DNA of 63,421 nucleotides, the filler included. It is 4 parts of 4 records of this genome, joined end to end, with 100 filler letters (N's around TTAATTAATTAA, not from the genome) between each part and the next. Parts side by side here need not be neighbours in the genome. Positions count along the whole stretch, not along the records: positions 1 to 25,430 come from SRR31156797_23345; 3 more parts are not named here. One strand, 5' to 3'. The notes under the pieces were generated by a model that was given only the letters and a program-made list of their open reading frames with translations, ran no database searches and had not been told where the DNA came from. Both the position numbers and the translations under genes were made by a program. Shown piece by piece: positions 9,106 through 19,328 of the stretch. Numbering within the stretch: the first letter of the stretch is position 1; every line of letters begins with the position of its first letter.

Positions 9106-11550
9106 TTATTTCAGCACCAGTTTTTCGATGGCCTGATGTGATCCCCTGCTAAATACAAGGTAATAGATGCCGGATGAATATCCTGAAAGATCGATACCTA
9201 AATTTTTTGAAGATCCTGACCCGGCAACCATAACAGCTCCATTAATGTTTAAAACCTTCCAGTTGCAAACTTTTTCAGAGTTGCCTGTTTCAATATTGAA
9301 AATTCCGTCAGACGGGTTTGGATGAATTGCCAATGATATCCTTACGGAATCATAATCCTGAATACCGGTAACTACAAAACTTTTTATCGCCGAAATACCG
9401 TTGGTCGAAAAATAGTCAGCCTGCGGCAAAGCATGGTCAAAAACAGGTTTTACCCCGAATATTTCGTGGCTTGCAGCCTGTAAAACTTCAAAACGGAAAT
9501 GCTCTCCATTGTTCATTCCGTCAGTGGTTACCGTTGTTGGATCATCAGCAAAAGCTGTAAGGACAATATTTTTACCTGCGTATGCTGCTTCATCCATAAT
9601 CATTCCCTGCTGATTCATAAGTCTGATAACATCACCCGAATTAAGGCCATCAATTCCCTCAGCGGGTATTGCAATCACATGCGAAACCGGCGTAGGATTA
9701 AAATCCAATCCCTGCTTTTTACCTTCAGTTTGCTTTATTGATAATTTATTTGTTGATTTTGTTTCCAGTTCCTGGTTGATGTCCGATGTTGGAAACTCAA
9801 GTTCAACCCCGGCGTTAACCTTTACCAGGTAGGATTTACCCGGAGCAAGCACGTCAAGCGTGTTAACATTATATTGCGGCCAGTATACATCCCAACCTGC
9901 AACATCCTTGGCGATTTCCAGGTTATCGGATATTTGATTAAATATGTCTGCTGCATTATTCTCTTTGTTATTAAGCACCGGTAGGAAATTCCAGCCTTCC
10001 TGAAGGTTTATTTTATAATTGTTCTGCAAAATACCGGACAAAATGATTTGATGATCTTCAGCCATTTTAATCTGGTAACCTGCATGATGATCCCAATCCC
10101 CGATGGTGTTGATACCGGCAGCAGGCCAGTACACACCTTCAAAATTTTGAAGAATATTCATATCGATAAGAAATGGAAAGAACAATTCGGATACTGATGT
10201 TTCTTCAGGTTTAACATAACTTGAAATACCACTCCAGCCCTGCGATAAGGTAATGGTTTGTTCTGCAGGAATCTGTGGCAAACTGGTAATTACGGTACCA
10301 TCGTAACCCACGGCCCATCCGGCATCATCGGCGAAATCCACAGCACTGAAATATTGTTCAACGGGAGCGATGACCACATTCCAGGTTTCTCCACCATCTG
10401 AAGTACGCATCATCAGGGACTGGTTGAGTTCACCACCCACAATCCAACCATTGTCCTGGTCTGTAAAATATAAATCGACCAATGATAATTCAGGGCTGAA
10501 CTCCTGGCTGGTCCAGGTTTGGCCGCCGTCCACAGTGCGATAAACCACTTCTGCGTGAGGTAATCCCAGATATGTGGCAAGTATCCATCCCTTGCTCTCA
10601 TTGATGAAAAATACATCATGAAAATCATAGGATTCCTCCGAAAGCACCTGATCCCAGGTGTTCCCTCCGTTCACGGTATGCAGTGCTACACCGTTTGAAC
10701 CTACTGCCCAACCATTCTGGTTGTTGGTGAAGCACACCGAACTCAGCGGGTCTTCATAGGATTCATAAATCTGTGTGCTCCAGGTGCTGCCGCCATCGCT
10801 GGTTTCGATAATCAGTCGATGGTAAATATAAGATGGGAAGTGGCCGTTATCGCCTCCAACGATCCACCCCTTATTTTCGTCCAGAAAAAATATCTCTGCC
10901 AACCCGGTGTTTACTCCGGCATCCTGCTCAGTCCAGGTTTCGCCGCCATCACTGGTGTGTATAAGCCTTTGTGAGGGCCCGGTAGCCCATCCATGATTAC
11001 GGTCACTAAAAAAGATATTTCCGTAATTGTTACTGGGAGGGGCGTCTTGTTCAACCCAGTTAAGCCCGCCATCATTGGTATGAAGAATGATCCCGGTGTT
11101 TCCTGCAATCCATCCATGATCCTGGTCAACAAAATAAACATCGAGCAAGAAGTTGTCCACACCTGATGCTTGCGCTTGCCAGCCTGACTGGATGGGTTGC
11201 GGGGCGATGGTGAAATTGTTGCTTTGATCGGAATAATCCGTTCCCGGGTTGTCCTGTACGATCATTATCCTGGCCTCTTCTGTGGAGACATCCGGAACAG
11301 TCCAATCGAAAGTAAGATACTCATATGGAATATCTTCTTCGATGACATCCCAGTTTTGGCCACCATCCAATGAATAATAGAGGTCCCAATTTATGGTGTT
11401 GTGTGCAACCAATATGTTCCACTCGATGGTTACCTGATCGCCCTGGGTAAACATTTCACCACCCTGAGGATAAACCAGATCAACATGGGCATGTAATGTG
11501 CCGGCCAGGAAAAAACATATGCTGATGATTAATATTTTTATGTATTTCAT
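9106..11550 (-). CDS. T9SS-secreted protein: N-terminal Ig-like/His-brace-like domain, YCF48/BNR-repeat beta-propeller, duplicated beta domain, T9SS type A C-terminal domain
   Basis: Signal peptide; repeated TxDGGxTW and hFxDxxxGWxxG; C-terminal IHPNPS...GIYYL...KLVLK. Confidence 0.88.
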   Translation of the reverse strand: MKYIKILIISICFFLAGTLHAHVDLVYPQGGEMFTQGDQVTIEWNILVAHNTINWDLYYSLDGGQNWDVIEEDIPYEYLTFDWTVPDVSTEEARIMIVQDNPGTDYSDQSNNFTIAPQPIQSGWQAQASGVDNFLLDVYFVDQDHGWIAGNTGIILHTNDGGLNWVEQDAPPSNNYGNIFFSDRNHGWATGPSQRLIHTSDGGETWTEQDAGVNTGLAEIFFLDENKGWIVGGDNGHFPSYIYHRLIIETSDGGSTWSTQIYESYEDPLSSVCFTNNQNGWAVGSNGVALHTVNGGNTWDQVLSEESYDFHDVFFINESKGWILATYLGLPHAEVVYRTVDGGQTWTSQEFSPELSLVDLYFTDQDNGWIVGGELNQSLMMRTSDGGETWNVVIAPVEQYFSAVDFADDAGWAVGYDGTVITSLPQIPAEQTITLSQGWSGISSYVKPEETSVSELFFPFLIDMNILQNFEGVYWPAAGINTIGDWDHHAGYQIKMAEDHQIILSGILQNNYKINLQEGWNFLPVLNNKENNAADIFNQISDNLEIAKDVAGWDVYWPQYNVNTLDVLAPGKSYLVKVNAGVELEFPTSDINQELETKSTNKLSIKQTEGKKQGLDFNPTPVSHVIAIPAEGIDGLNSGDVIRLMNQQGMIMDEAAYAGKNIVLTAFADDPTTVTTDGMNNGEHFRFEVLQAASHEIFGVKPVFDHALPQADYFSTNGISAIKSFVVTGIQDYDSVRISLAIHPNPSDGIFNIETGNSEKVCNWKVLNINGAVMVAGSGSSKNLGIDLSGYSSGIYYLVFSRGSHQAIEKLVLK

Positions 11551-11583
11551 AATTCATTAAAGTTTATAAATGTTCACCTGAGC

Positions 11584-12828
11584 TTATCGGATAACTATTT
11601 TTCGGGTCAAAATACCGGCGGAGTTTTCGATGTTTACCGCATAGATTCCGCTTTGGAAATCTGCAACAGGAATGGAAAGATTTTTTCCGGTAACCCGTGA
11701 TTCATACACTTTTTGACCTGCAGTATTCAAAATTGTAATCCTGTAATTTTTAGTGGTTGCATCCTTAATATTGATGCTTAGAAAAGTTGTTGCCGGATTT
11801 GGAAACAAATCAATCTCCTGATCTGATAAAATTTCTTCATAACCGGTGGTTATTCCTGTCTTTAGGAGCATCCCTCCATAACCTGCTGCCCATCCGTGAT
11901 TTGAATCGTAAAAGTGAACGGAAGACAGCACCTGCTCGAGCGATACGGGTTCAACTTCCCATGTTTCACCACCATCTGTTGTGTGAAGTATCAATGCGCT
12001 ACCATCATTTCCTCCCACAGCCCATCCGTTGCTTTCATCGGTAAACCAGATATCACTGAGGGAATACGTTTCACTGAAATCCTGTGAAGTCCAGGTAATA
12101 CCACCGTCCATGGTTTTAAAAATTGTAGCTACATGCGGTAACCCAAGGTATTTAGCCGTTACCCAACCTTTATTTTCGTTGGCGAAATAAACACTGGAAA
12201 AATGATAGGAATTATCCGACATCTGCTCTTCCCAGGTTTCACCACCGTTGGAAGAGTGCAGTATAACGCCCGATTCACCAACCGCCCAGCCATTGTTGTA
12301 ATCGGCAAAATGAACAGCACTAAGCAGTGTTTGGTAAGATTCGTTGATCTCTTCCTCCCAGCTATCGCCACCGTTTGTGGTTTTAAGAACCAGGCGCTGC
12401 TTGATCAGGGATGGAAAAGTTCCATTGTCGCCACCAACGATCCAGCCGGTATTCTCATCCATGAAGAAAAGTCCGTTTAGGTTGGTTGCTACATTTGAAC
12501 TCTGGCTTTCCCAGGTTTCACCTCCATCAGCAGTATGGATGATATCTCCATCGAACCCGGCCACCCAGCCATTCTGGTTATCGGTAAAAAACACACTTGT
12601 ATATGCGTTACTTGGTGGTGTATCAAGTTCTTCCCAGGTTTCGCCGCCATCTGTCGTTCGCATCACCAGGCCCTGCTGGCCACAAATCCAACCTTGACTT
12701 GCGTCAGAAAAATATATATCCAGAAAAAATTTGTTGACTCCGGTTTCCTGTGTCTGCCAGTTTGTTTGGGCACTTACAGTAAGTGCTGTGAAAAAAATTG
12801 CTGTGATAATAAAAATTACGTTTTTCAT
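11584..12828 (-). CDS. T9SS-secreted YCF48/BNR-repeat beta-propeller protein
   Basis: Likely start MKNVIF at 12828 gives a signal peptide; TxDGGETW repeats; LFPNPA...GIY...KIVIR CTD. Confidence 0.9.
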   Translation of the reverse strand: MKNVIFIITAIFFTALTVSAQTNWQTQETGVNKFFLDIYFSDASQGWICGQQGLVMRTTDGGETWEELDTPPSNAYTSVFFTDNQNGWVAGFDGDIIHTADGGETWESQSSNVATNLNGLFFMDENTGWIVGGDNGTFPSLIKQRLVLKTTNGGDSWEEEINESYQTLLSAVHFADYNNGWAVGESGVILHSSNGGETWEEQMSDNSYHFSSVYFANENKGWVTAKYLGLPHVATIFKTMDGGITWTSQDFSETYSLSDIWFTDESNGWAVGGNDGSALILHTTDGGETWEVEPVSLEQVLSSVHFYDSNHGWAAGYGGMLLKTGITTGYEEILSDQEIDLFPNPATTFLSINIKDATTKNYRITILNTAGQKVYESRVTGKNLSIPVADFQSGIYAVNIENSAGILTRKIVIR

Positions 12829-13100
12829 AAGTAAATAGGTTTTGATTCCTAACAAAGGAAACACCCAAATGTCACGGAATCATCACATTAATGTAAAAAA
12901 AACTTAAAGTCAACTGGATATACTGGATTTGCGTCTCACATATAGAAAAATCCCATACTGATAAGGCAAATGTTAAAATTATTAAATGAACAGGGTGGGA
13001 ATAGAACCAATAAACGGCCTATGCTAATTTGTTGATGAGCAAATTTGATGATTAACCCAAGTTGGAAATGGCAAAACCTGAGTTGTAAGATACCAGGTGA

Positions 13101-14759
13101 CTACTGCTTCACAAACTTCAGAATACTGATTTGTCCGTCATAAGTTTCGGCCCTAAGAAAATAAATACCGGGCAATAATTTGCTAATATCAACCGGGCTC
13201 CCGTTTTGTGCATTGGATTCCAGAATCAGCGTGCCCGTTTGGTTGAAAACGGAAACTTTGTTCAAGGGCAGTTTGCTGTTGATGTTGATGAAGTCCTGTG
13301 CAGGATTAGGGCTTACGGATATGTAAGGCACGTGTGTCTCTGCATTTGAGATTCCCGTGGAAATATTGGTATTGTAAAAAATGTAGTTCCCCTTGCCACT
13401 GTCCCAGTTGGTGATTACAATGTCAGGATCGGCGCTGGCTTCATATTCCACAATAATTTCATCTTCCGGGGATAGTGGAGAAGAAATACTGATCCAGTTT
13501 TTGTTGGGAACGAAACAGAATGCATTAATATTAAGAAGCAGATCATTTAAGTAAACACCAATGATATTTTCAACAATTTGTTCATCGATTCGTATGGTGT
13601 GAGATCCCTCAGGTATTAAGGCAATTGTATCCAGCATGGGTACCACAGCCTCACGTCCCAGGTCGGCAAGCTGTATGGCTTCCACCACAGAAGAGGTTGA
13701 GGAGGTGTAGGCCGGGATGTTTTCGAAGCTGGATCCTGTGCCGGGGATGATTTCCATAGGTTGCCACCATCCGCCGTAAATCAGGTCCAGGTTGCCATCG
13801 CGGGTAACATCAGCCAGGAAAACGCCGGAGCCGTAATCAATTTCAGGTGAAGTCCAGCTTGCCTGGCTGTTGGCAGGAATTCCTTCCGGGAAATCATAAA
13901 AGCGGATCTTGCCATCGCCGCCCAGCTGGTCGTTGCCGGTGGCCACAAATCCCGGAACGGCTTCCTCACCAAAAAAGCCGATATCCATCGAATTATTATA
14001 TGTAGAAGGTTCTGCAGACTGCCAGTCGGGAATCTCGTCGATTACTCCCTCGTTGTCGGCCAGGAAAATGGCACCCGGGTATTCGTTGCTAATGAAAACC
14101 GCATCCAGGAACCCGTTTTTGTCCATATCACTGAATTCCACATCCATGGCACCCATCAGGTTTTCGGATTCCCAATCCGGGTTTTCATAAAAAAGGCCAT
14201 TGTTGTTGATGAAGATTTTTCCATAGTCCCATTCTCCGCCGTAAGATTCGCTGGCAGCTACGGCCAGGTCCAGGTCGCCGTCGGCATCGGCATCGCCAAG
14301 TGCACAGCTGAAGGTGTAAAATTCAACCGAAGTAAACGAGGGTGTGCTTTCCAGTTCACCACCGGTATTGTAATACACTTTTACCCGGCCCGGCTCCGAA
14401 AATCCGGCTTCACCGATATACACCGATACCGCCACATCCGGCCAGCCGTCCTTGTTGATGTCCCCTGCCGAGCAATGCCCATGGTAGTCGATGTCGGCAG
14501 AACTCCAGGATGGCGATGCCGGAAAGGTGCCGTCGCCGTTGTTGTAATACACCACCAGGTTTTGACGCTGGATGTCATTGCCGTTGGCAGCTACGATATC
14601 TTTCCAGCCATCACCGTTAATATCGGTCAAAGCTAGTCCGGTAGCAATATGCCCAAGTGGTGTGGACTCCCAGTCGGGAGTGGTGTTATAAGGAATTACC
14701 TGCGCGAAACTGTGGACGGCAAAAAGTAATACTACAGTGATGGTAAAGCGGTTTTTCAT
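13101..14759 (-). CDS. T9SS-secreted FG-GAP/VCBS-repeat protein
   Basis: Signal peptide; repeated DxNxDGxxD Ca-binding blades; SPNPA...GIYFL...KFVKQ CTD. Confidence 0.9.
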   Translation of the reverse strand: MKNRFTITVVLLFAVHSFAQVIPYNTTPDWESTPLGHIATGLALTDINGDGWKDIVAANGNDIQRQNLVVYYNNGDGTFPASPSWSSADIDYHGHCSAGDINKDGWPDVAVSVYIGEAGFSEPGRVKVYYNTGGELESTPSFTSVEFYTFSCALGDADADGDLDLAVAASESYGGEWDYGKIFINNNGLFYENPDWESENLMGAMDVEFSDMDKNGFLDAVFISNEYPGAIFLADNEGVIDEIPDWQSAEPSTYNNSMDIGFFGEEAVPGFVATGNDQLGGDGKIRFYDFPEGIPANSQASWTSPEIDYGSGVFLADVTRDGNLDLIYGGWWQPMEIIPGTGSSFENIPAYTSSTSSVVEAIQLADLGREAVVPMLDTIALIPEGSHTIRIDEQIVENIIGVYLNDLLLNINAFCFVPNKNWISISSPLSPEDEIIVEYEASADPDIVITNWDSGKGNYIFYNTNISTGISNAETHVPYISVSPNPAQDFININSKLPLNKVSVFNQTGTLILESNAQNGSPVDISKLLPGIYFLRAETYDGQISILKFVKQ

Positions 14760-14958
14760 GATGCATGATTTTGGGTAAAATTATGAAAAATGATAGGAAT
14801 AAGGCTTTTTGCGATTGGGTGATTCATGTTGAGCGGGAAATGAAATCAGGAAACCCGGGAGTTTTTGATGGAAGTGCAAATGAGGTAGTTGACAGAATCA
14901 ACATGCCTTGCCCGGTTTTGGGTGACAAAAATCTATCTTTGTAAAAATTGTTATTACC

Positions 14959-15402
14959 ATGAAAAACTACATTGCATCCATTTTTATCATGCTATCCTTT
15001 TCAGGTTTCTCCCAGGATATACCGGCAGAAACTTTTCGTAATCATATGATTACTATCGCCGAAAATGAGGCCATACAAAAAAACTACAATGTCAGGAATG
15101 ATGAGGGATTTCGGGTTTTTTATATCAATCTGGGTTGTTATGACCTGTATCATTTGGATAATCCTGTTGAAAGCCGCAACGGGGCTGTTTACCTATACAA
15201 TGAAGGAGCCGTGTTCTTTCACGAAATATCCTACATCCTCGATTTACTTCGCATCACCGATGATGATGAAAACATGGTGTTTTACGAATTTGTGTATTCA
15301 ACCGAAAAGAGCAGGCAATACATCGAAGTAAAATTTGTGAAAAGGTATGAAAAATGGGAGCTTGTGGATGTGGCGATCAGCAAGGTAAAACAAGCATATT
15401 AA
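14959..15402 (+). CDS. Hypothetical exported protein
   Basis: Signal peptide ending GFS-Q; TATCTTTG promoter box 18 nt upstream. Confidence 0.75.
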   Translation: MKNYIASIFIMLSFSGFSQDIPAETFRNHMITIAENEAIQKNYNVRNDEGFRVFYINLGCYDLYHLDNPVESRNGAVYLYNEGAVFFHEISYILDLLRITDDDENMVFYEFVYSTEKSRQYIEVKFVKRYEKWELVDVAISKVKQAY

Positions 15403-15555
15403 ACCCCACTCCGGCTCATCAGGCAGTTTTTATATAAGCAAAACACCATATACTGCAAGAATATATCCGGTGAGAATTTCTCAAAACCTGGTGCGTGCGG
15501 AATTGTACTGCAGGCATCCTTTAGGGATAATCTGTGTGTATGCGACCCCTACTTT

Positions 15556-15610
15556 GTCCACCGAAGCCCCGACAGCCGAAGCCTTAGCGAAAGTTGTGAG
15601 CGAAGGAGGA
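15556..15610. repeat. Nested CGAAG-loop palindromic (REP-like) element
   Basis: TCCACCGAAGC...ACAGCCGAAGCCTTAGCGAAAGTTGT...GCGAAGGAGGA. Confidence 0.5.
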
Positions 15611-15857
15611 CCCCGATATTATGATCGGCCGCTTCAGCGTGGATGATACGGAGCAGGTGCAAAATGTGGTGCATTAGATACTGCACTACAAGCCGGAAAC
15701 GCTGAGTTGGGAGAACAACATGTCTTGATGTTATTCCGAATTATTCACATTCCCTGGCTTACTCACCCACCTGCATTCGCAATCGGATGCAGCTCATATC
15801 CAAAACACCATCGACCTGCTACAAACCCTGCACCCCGAAAAGGCAACCGAATAACCC

Positions 15858-16127
15858 TTGCATGATGCAAATATCTTCCCGTTGGAAATTTTTCCCAATC
15901 CGGCACACGACTCATTTACAATCAGGTTTTATAGTGAAAATGATTGTGCAATCCAACTAAAAATTATTAATAGCAATGGAAACTTGTGTAAGGAAATTTC
16001 AGGAATCGATATAGAACCAGGAGAAAGCTTAATTCATTTAAATGACCTGACTTTAGAAACTGGAGTCTTTTTAATTTCGATTGAAGCAGGTAATATAAAA
16101 AATGCCGGGGAAAAGATGTTATTTTAA
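15858..16127 (+). pseudogene. Orphan T9SS C-terminal sorting domain (gene remnant)
   Basis: IFPNPA...IKIINSNG...GVFLISI CTD pattern with no signal peptide, cargo domain or good start. Confidence 0.6.
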
Positions 16128-16290
16128 TCGCATTAATATAGGATATCATATTTTTTAGCACATGAACAAATCCAATAAATAACAAACGGCAATACAATAA
16201 CTTTTGGCCTTACCTGTTGTTGATTCAAAGCAAAACAGGTATAATGGTAACCGAAACTTTGTTACTTTTGATCAGGCTAAAAATAAACCG

Positions 16291-17025
16291 ATGGAAAAAC
16301 AAGAGATCATTCGTTTAATCGACATCAAAAAGCACTACAAGGTAGGCACACAAATCGTAAAAGCTTTGCGCACGATCACGCTAAACATTTACAGAAATGA
16401 GTATGTAGCCTTGATGGGCGCTTCCGGTTCGGGCAAGTCAACCCTGATGAACATCCTGGGATGCCTCGACACACCTACCGCCGGGCAGTATCATCTGAAC
16501 GGAAAGGATGTAAGCAAGATGGACGACAACAGGCTGGCTGAAATCAGGAACAAAGAAATTGGGTTTATTTTCCAGACCTTTAACCTGCTCCCCAGGCAAT
16601 CGGCTTTGGAAAATGTTACCCTTCCATTGGTTTATGCAGGAATCAATAAAGGTCGCCGCATTGAAAAAGCAAAACTTGCGCTCCAAAGCGTGCAACTTAC
16701 TGACAGGATGGATCACAAACCCAACGAACTTTCCGGCGGCCAAAGGCAGCGTGTTGCCGTTGCCCGTGCGTTGGTAAACGATCCCTCCATTATCCTTGCT
16801 GATGAGCCCACCGGAAACCTCGATTCAAAGACCTCCATAGAAATGATGGGACTTTTTGAAGAAATCCATAAACAAGGTAACACCGTTATTGTTGTAACCC
16901 ACGAAGAAGACATCGCCAGACATGCTCACCGCATTATCAGGCTAAAAGACGGCGAAGTTGAGACGGATGAAAAAAATAAAAATATCATGACCATGGCTGA
17001 CTATGCGGTTCAGGCCGAAGGCTAA
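16291..17025 (+). CDS. ABC transporter ATP-binding protein (LolD/MacB-like)
   Basis: [31 protein letters not shown] at 16291 lies downstream of the TACTTTTG box. Confidence 0.95.
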   Translation: MEKQEIIRLIDIKKHYKVGTQIVKALRTITLNIYRNEYVALMGASGSGKSTLMNILGCLDTPTAGQYHLNGKDVSKMDDNRLAEIRNKEIGFIFQTFNLLPRQSALENVTLPLVYAGINKGRRIEKAKLALQSVQLTDRMDHKPNELSGGQRQRVAVARALVNDPSIILADEPTGNLDSKTSIEMMGLFEEIHKQGNTVIVVTHEEDIARHAHRIIRLKDGEVETDEKNKNIMTMADYAVQAEG

Positions 17026-17045
17026 AAAACCGGGAGAAAACAAAA

Positions 17046-17609
17046 ATGAATTCCGAATTCAAAATTTACACTAAAACAGGCGACAAGGGTGAGACCTCTT
17101 TAATTGGCGGAAAGCGGGTTCCGAAATACCACGACCGGATTGAAGCATACGGAACACTTGATGAACTCAATTCATTTATCGGGCTTATTCGAGATCAGGA
17201 CATTGACGCCCATTCCCGGGAAATCCTGATTGAGATACAGGACAGGGTTTTTACCGCCGAATCATTGCTTGCGGTAGATGCCGAAGCACCGCCTCCAAGA
17301 AAACTTCCGGAAATCAACGAAAGTGATATAGAACTGCTGGAAAGGGAAATCGATGAAATGAATGAAACACTCCCGCCAATCAGTAATTTTGTATTACCAG
17401 GCGGACACACAGCGGTTTCGTACTGCCACATTGCACGTACTGTTTGCAGAAGAGCCGAGCGGATCACATTGAAACTTTCGCAGCATTATACGGTGCCTCC
17501 GCTGGTTATAAAATACCTCAACAGGTTGTCGGATTATCTGTTCGTTTTATCACGAAAACTTACTGTTGATTTTAAGGCTATCGAAACGCCTTGGAAAGCA
17601 AGAGTTTAG
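17046..17609 (+). CDS. ATP:cob(I)alamin adenosyltransferase, PduO type
   Basis: KIYTKTGDKGET, YGTLDELNS, ARTVCRRAER, YLNRLSD. Confidence 0.95.
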   Translation: MNSEFKIYTKTGDKGETSLIGGKRVPKYHDRIEAYGTLDELNSFIGLIRDQDIDAHSREILIEIQDRVFTAESLLAVDAEAPPPRKLPEINESDIELLEREIDEMNETLPPISNFVLPGGHTAVSYCHIARTVCRRAERITLKLSQHYTVPPLVIKYLNRLSDYLFVLSRKLTVDFKAIETPWKARV

Positions 17610-17695
17610 GTTGTTTAAAAAAAAATCAAAAAAAAATCCGTAAGTCGCTAAAAAATATACTTTTGCAAAAATTTTAAAATCAGTTTAGTCAAGAT

Positions 17696-17917
17696 ATGTA
17701 TTGGACTTTGGAATTAGCTTCGAAACTTGAGGATGCCCCGTGGCCTGCAACTAAAGACGAGTTGATCGACTTTGCAGTGAGGTCTGGAGCCCCTCAGGAA
17801 GTCATCGAAAATCTGAACGAGATTGAAGATGAAGGTGAAATGTATGAGCGTATCGAAGACATCTGGCCGGATTACCCCACCAAGGATGACTTCTTTTTTC
17901 ATGAGGATGAATACTAA
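17696..17917 (+). CDS. DUF2795 family protein
   Basis: Conserved Bacteroidota MYWTLELASKLEDAPWPATKDELID...IWPDYP..DDFFF. Confidence 0.9.
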   Translation: MYWTLELASKLEDAPWPATKDELIDFAVRSGAPQEVIENLNEIEDEGEMYERIEDIWPDYPTKDDFFFHEDEY

Positions 17918-18453
17918 TCTTGTATGAAAAACGAAAAATTCACCTTGCCGTAACTGCGAATCTCACGAAAATATTGATGCCCGGAAAAATCAATGCGCTT
18001 AGGATGCTCTACGATTAACCGGGCATTTTTTTTAAGCCAACCCTTATCCATGATCAAATCGGGCAGCGTATCAATCCCTTCAATATCGTAGGGAGCATCA
18101 GCAAAAATTAAATCATACCCCTCAACAGGTGGCCTTTGTAGAAATCTGAAAACATCTGACCTGAGTGGCCGCATGTTTTGAAAGCCAAGCTCCAATGCAG
18201 TTTTTTTGATGAAACGAACGCAATGGTAATTTAAATCCACGGGAGTTACAGATTTTGCTTCTCGCGAGGCAAACTCAAAAGAAATACTTCCTGTTCCAGC
18301 GAACAAATCCAACACTCTTAAATCAGCAAAATACACATAGTTATTCAGGATGTTGAACAGGCTTTCCCTGGCCATATCGGTTGTGGGGCGGACAGGCAGA
18401 TTTTTTGGCGGGTTGAGGCGCCTGCCTCTATGGGTGCCGCTTATAATCCGCAT
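17914..18453 (-). CDS. rsmD: 16S rRNA m2G966 methyltransferase RsmD
   Basis: MRIISG, RPTTD..RESLFN, LDLFAGTG, DLIFADAPY. Confidence 0.92.
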   Translation of the reverse strand: MRIISGTHRGRRLNPPKNLPVRPTTDMARESLFNILNNYVYFADLRVLDLFAGTGSISFEFASREAKSVTPVDLNYHCVRFIKKTALELGFQNMRPLRSDVFRFLQRPPVEGYDLIFADAPYDIEGIDTLPDLIMDKGWLKKNARLIVEHPKRIDFSGHQYFREIRSYGKVNFSFFIQD

Positions 18454-19319
18454 TGTTGCAGATGTATTAATGTGAAATAAAAATGTTCAGGTATCTCATC
18501 GAAAACATAACTAAACCTGAAGTCACTGTTTCGAACACCAAACCTGATGTTGCGTACATATTTGTATGCGATCTCATACAGTGCCGAGTTTTTTTTGATT
18601 TCTCCGAGTAGTGTAACCTCTACTTTTTCAGGATTAAGTTCGAGAAACTCAAGTACATAGCCCAGGAAATACATAAAATCCTGCTGGGTTTTATACGAAA
18701 AAGAATTGTACAACAGCAGGGTGTTTCCCTTTAGCACCACAACGTCGAATCGGTTTTTCCGCACATTCACAAACACATTCTCTTCATTGCCGCGGTTTTT
18801 GTTTTGGAGTAGCAGCGATTCAATCAATGGGCTGGAATAATGATAGTATGCTGCGGATGCAAACAAATTAGATACGGTTTCAAAAATGGCCCCTTCAACA
18901 GCCCAGATATTTTCTGCATCAAGCAGGGGCAGGTAATCATGCTTAACCAGGGTATCGTGAGAGGCATAATGATTGAACTTCAGGTATTGTTCGGCCTGGC
19001 CGGATTTAAACAACACATTGGGAACCAGGGTTGATTTTGGTGTATCGAACAGTACGGAGGTCTTGTTGTATTGATGGTGCAACCAGTCAATTCCCGGCAG
19101 GAACTCCTGAAACAGGAGATTCAGTGCCATGTAGTTGTTAACATCCTGGAAATCCCATGATGCCAGCCCAAGGAATTTATCGCGATCATTATCATAAATA
19201 CAAAATGAAAATCCACCCAGAGAAACCTGGATGGATAAATTATAATTTTTTGAAGCTTCGGGCTGTAGTGTCTTGTCAAAAAGAGCTTTTGACTGATGTA
19301 CTTTTCCGGACATGCCCAT
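18441..19319 (-). CDS. DUF3822 family protein
   Basis: LSIQVSLGGFSF, STLVP, N.F...T..DF.YF; usual position upstream of rsmD in Bacteroidota. Confidence 0.85.
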   Translation of the reverse strand: MGMSGKVHQSKALFDKTLQPEASKNYNLSIQVSLGGFSFCIYDNDRDKFLGLASWDFQDVNNYMALNLLFQEFLPGIDWLHHQYNKTSVLFDTPKSTLVPNVLFKSGQAEQYLKFNHYASHDTLVKHDYLPLLDAENIWAVEGAIFETVSNLFASAAYYHYSSPLIESLLLQNKNRGNEENVFVNVRKNRFDVVVLKGNTLLLYNSFSYKTQQDFMYFLGYVLEFLELNPEKVEVTLLGEIKKNSALYEIAYKYVRNIRFGVRNSDFRFSYVFDEIPEHFYFTLIHLQQCGL

Positions 19320-19328
19320 TCTGAGTGG

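Noticed and set aside
6174-17025. ABC permeases and ATPase as one operon split by an insertion
   Set aside because: The ATPase has its own promoter box and sits in the common ATPase-adenosyltransferase-DUF2795 context; there are no insertion boundaries to support the idea.
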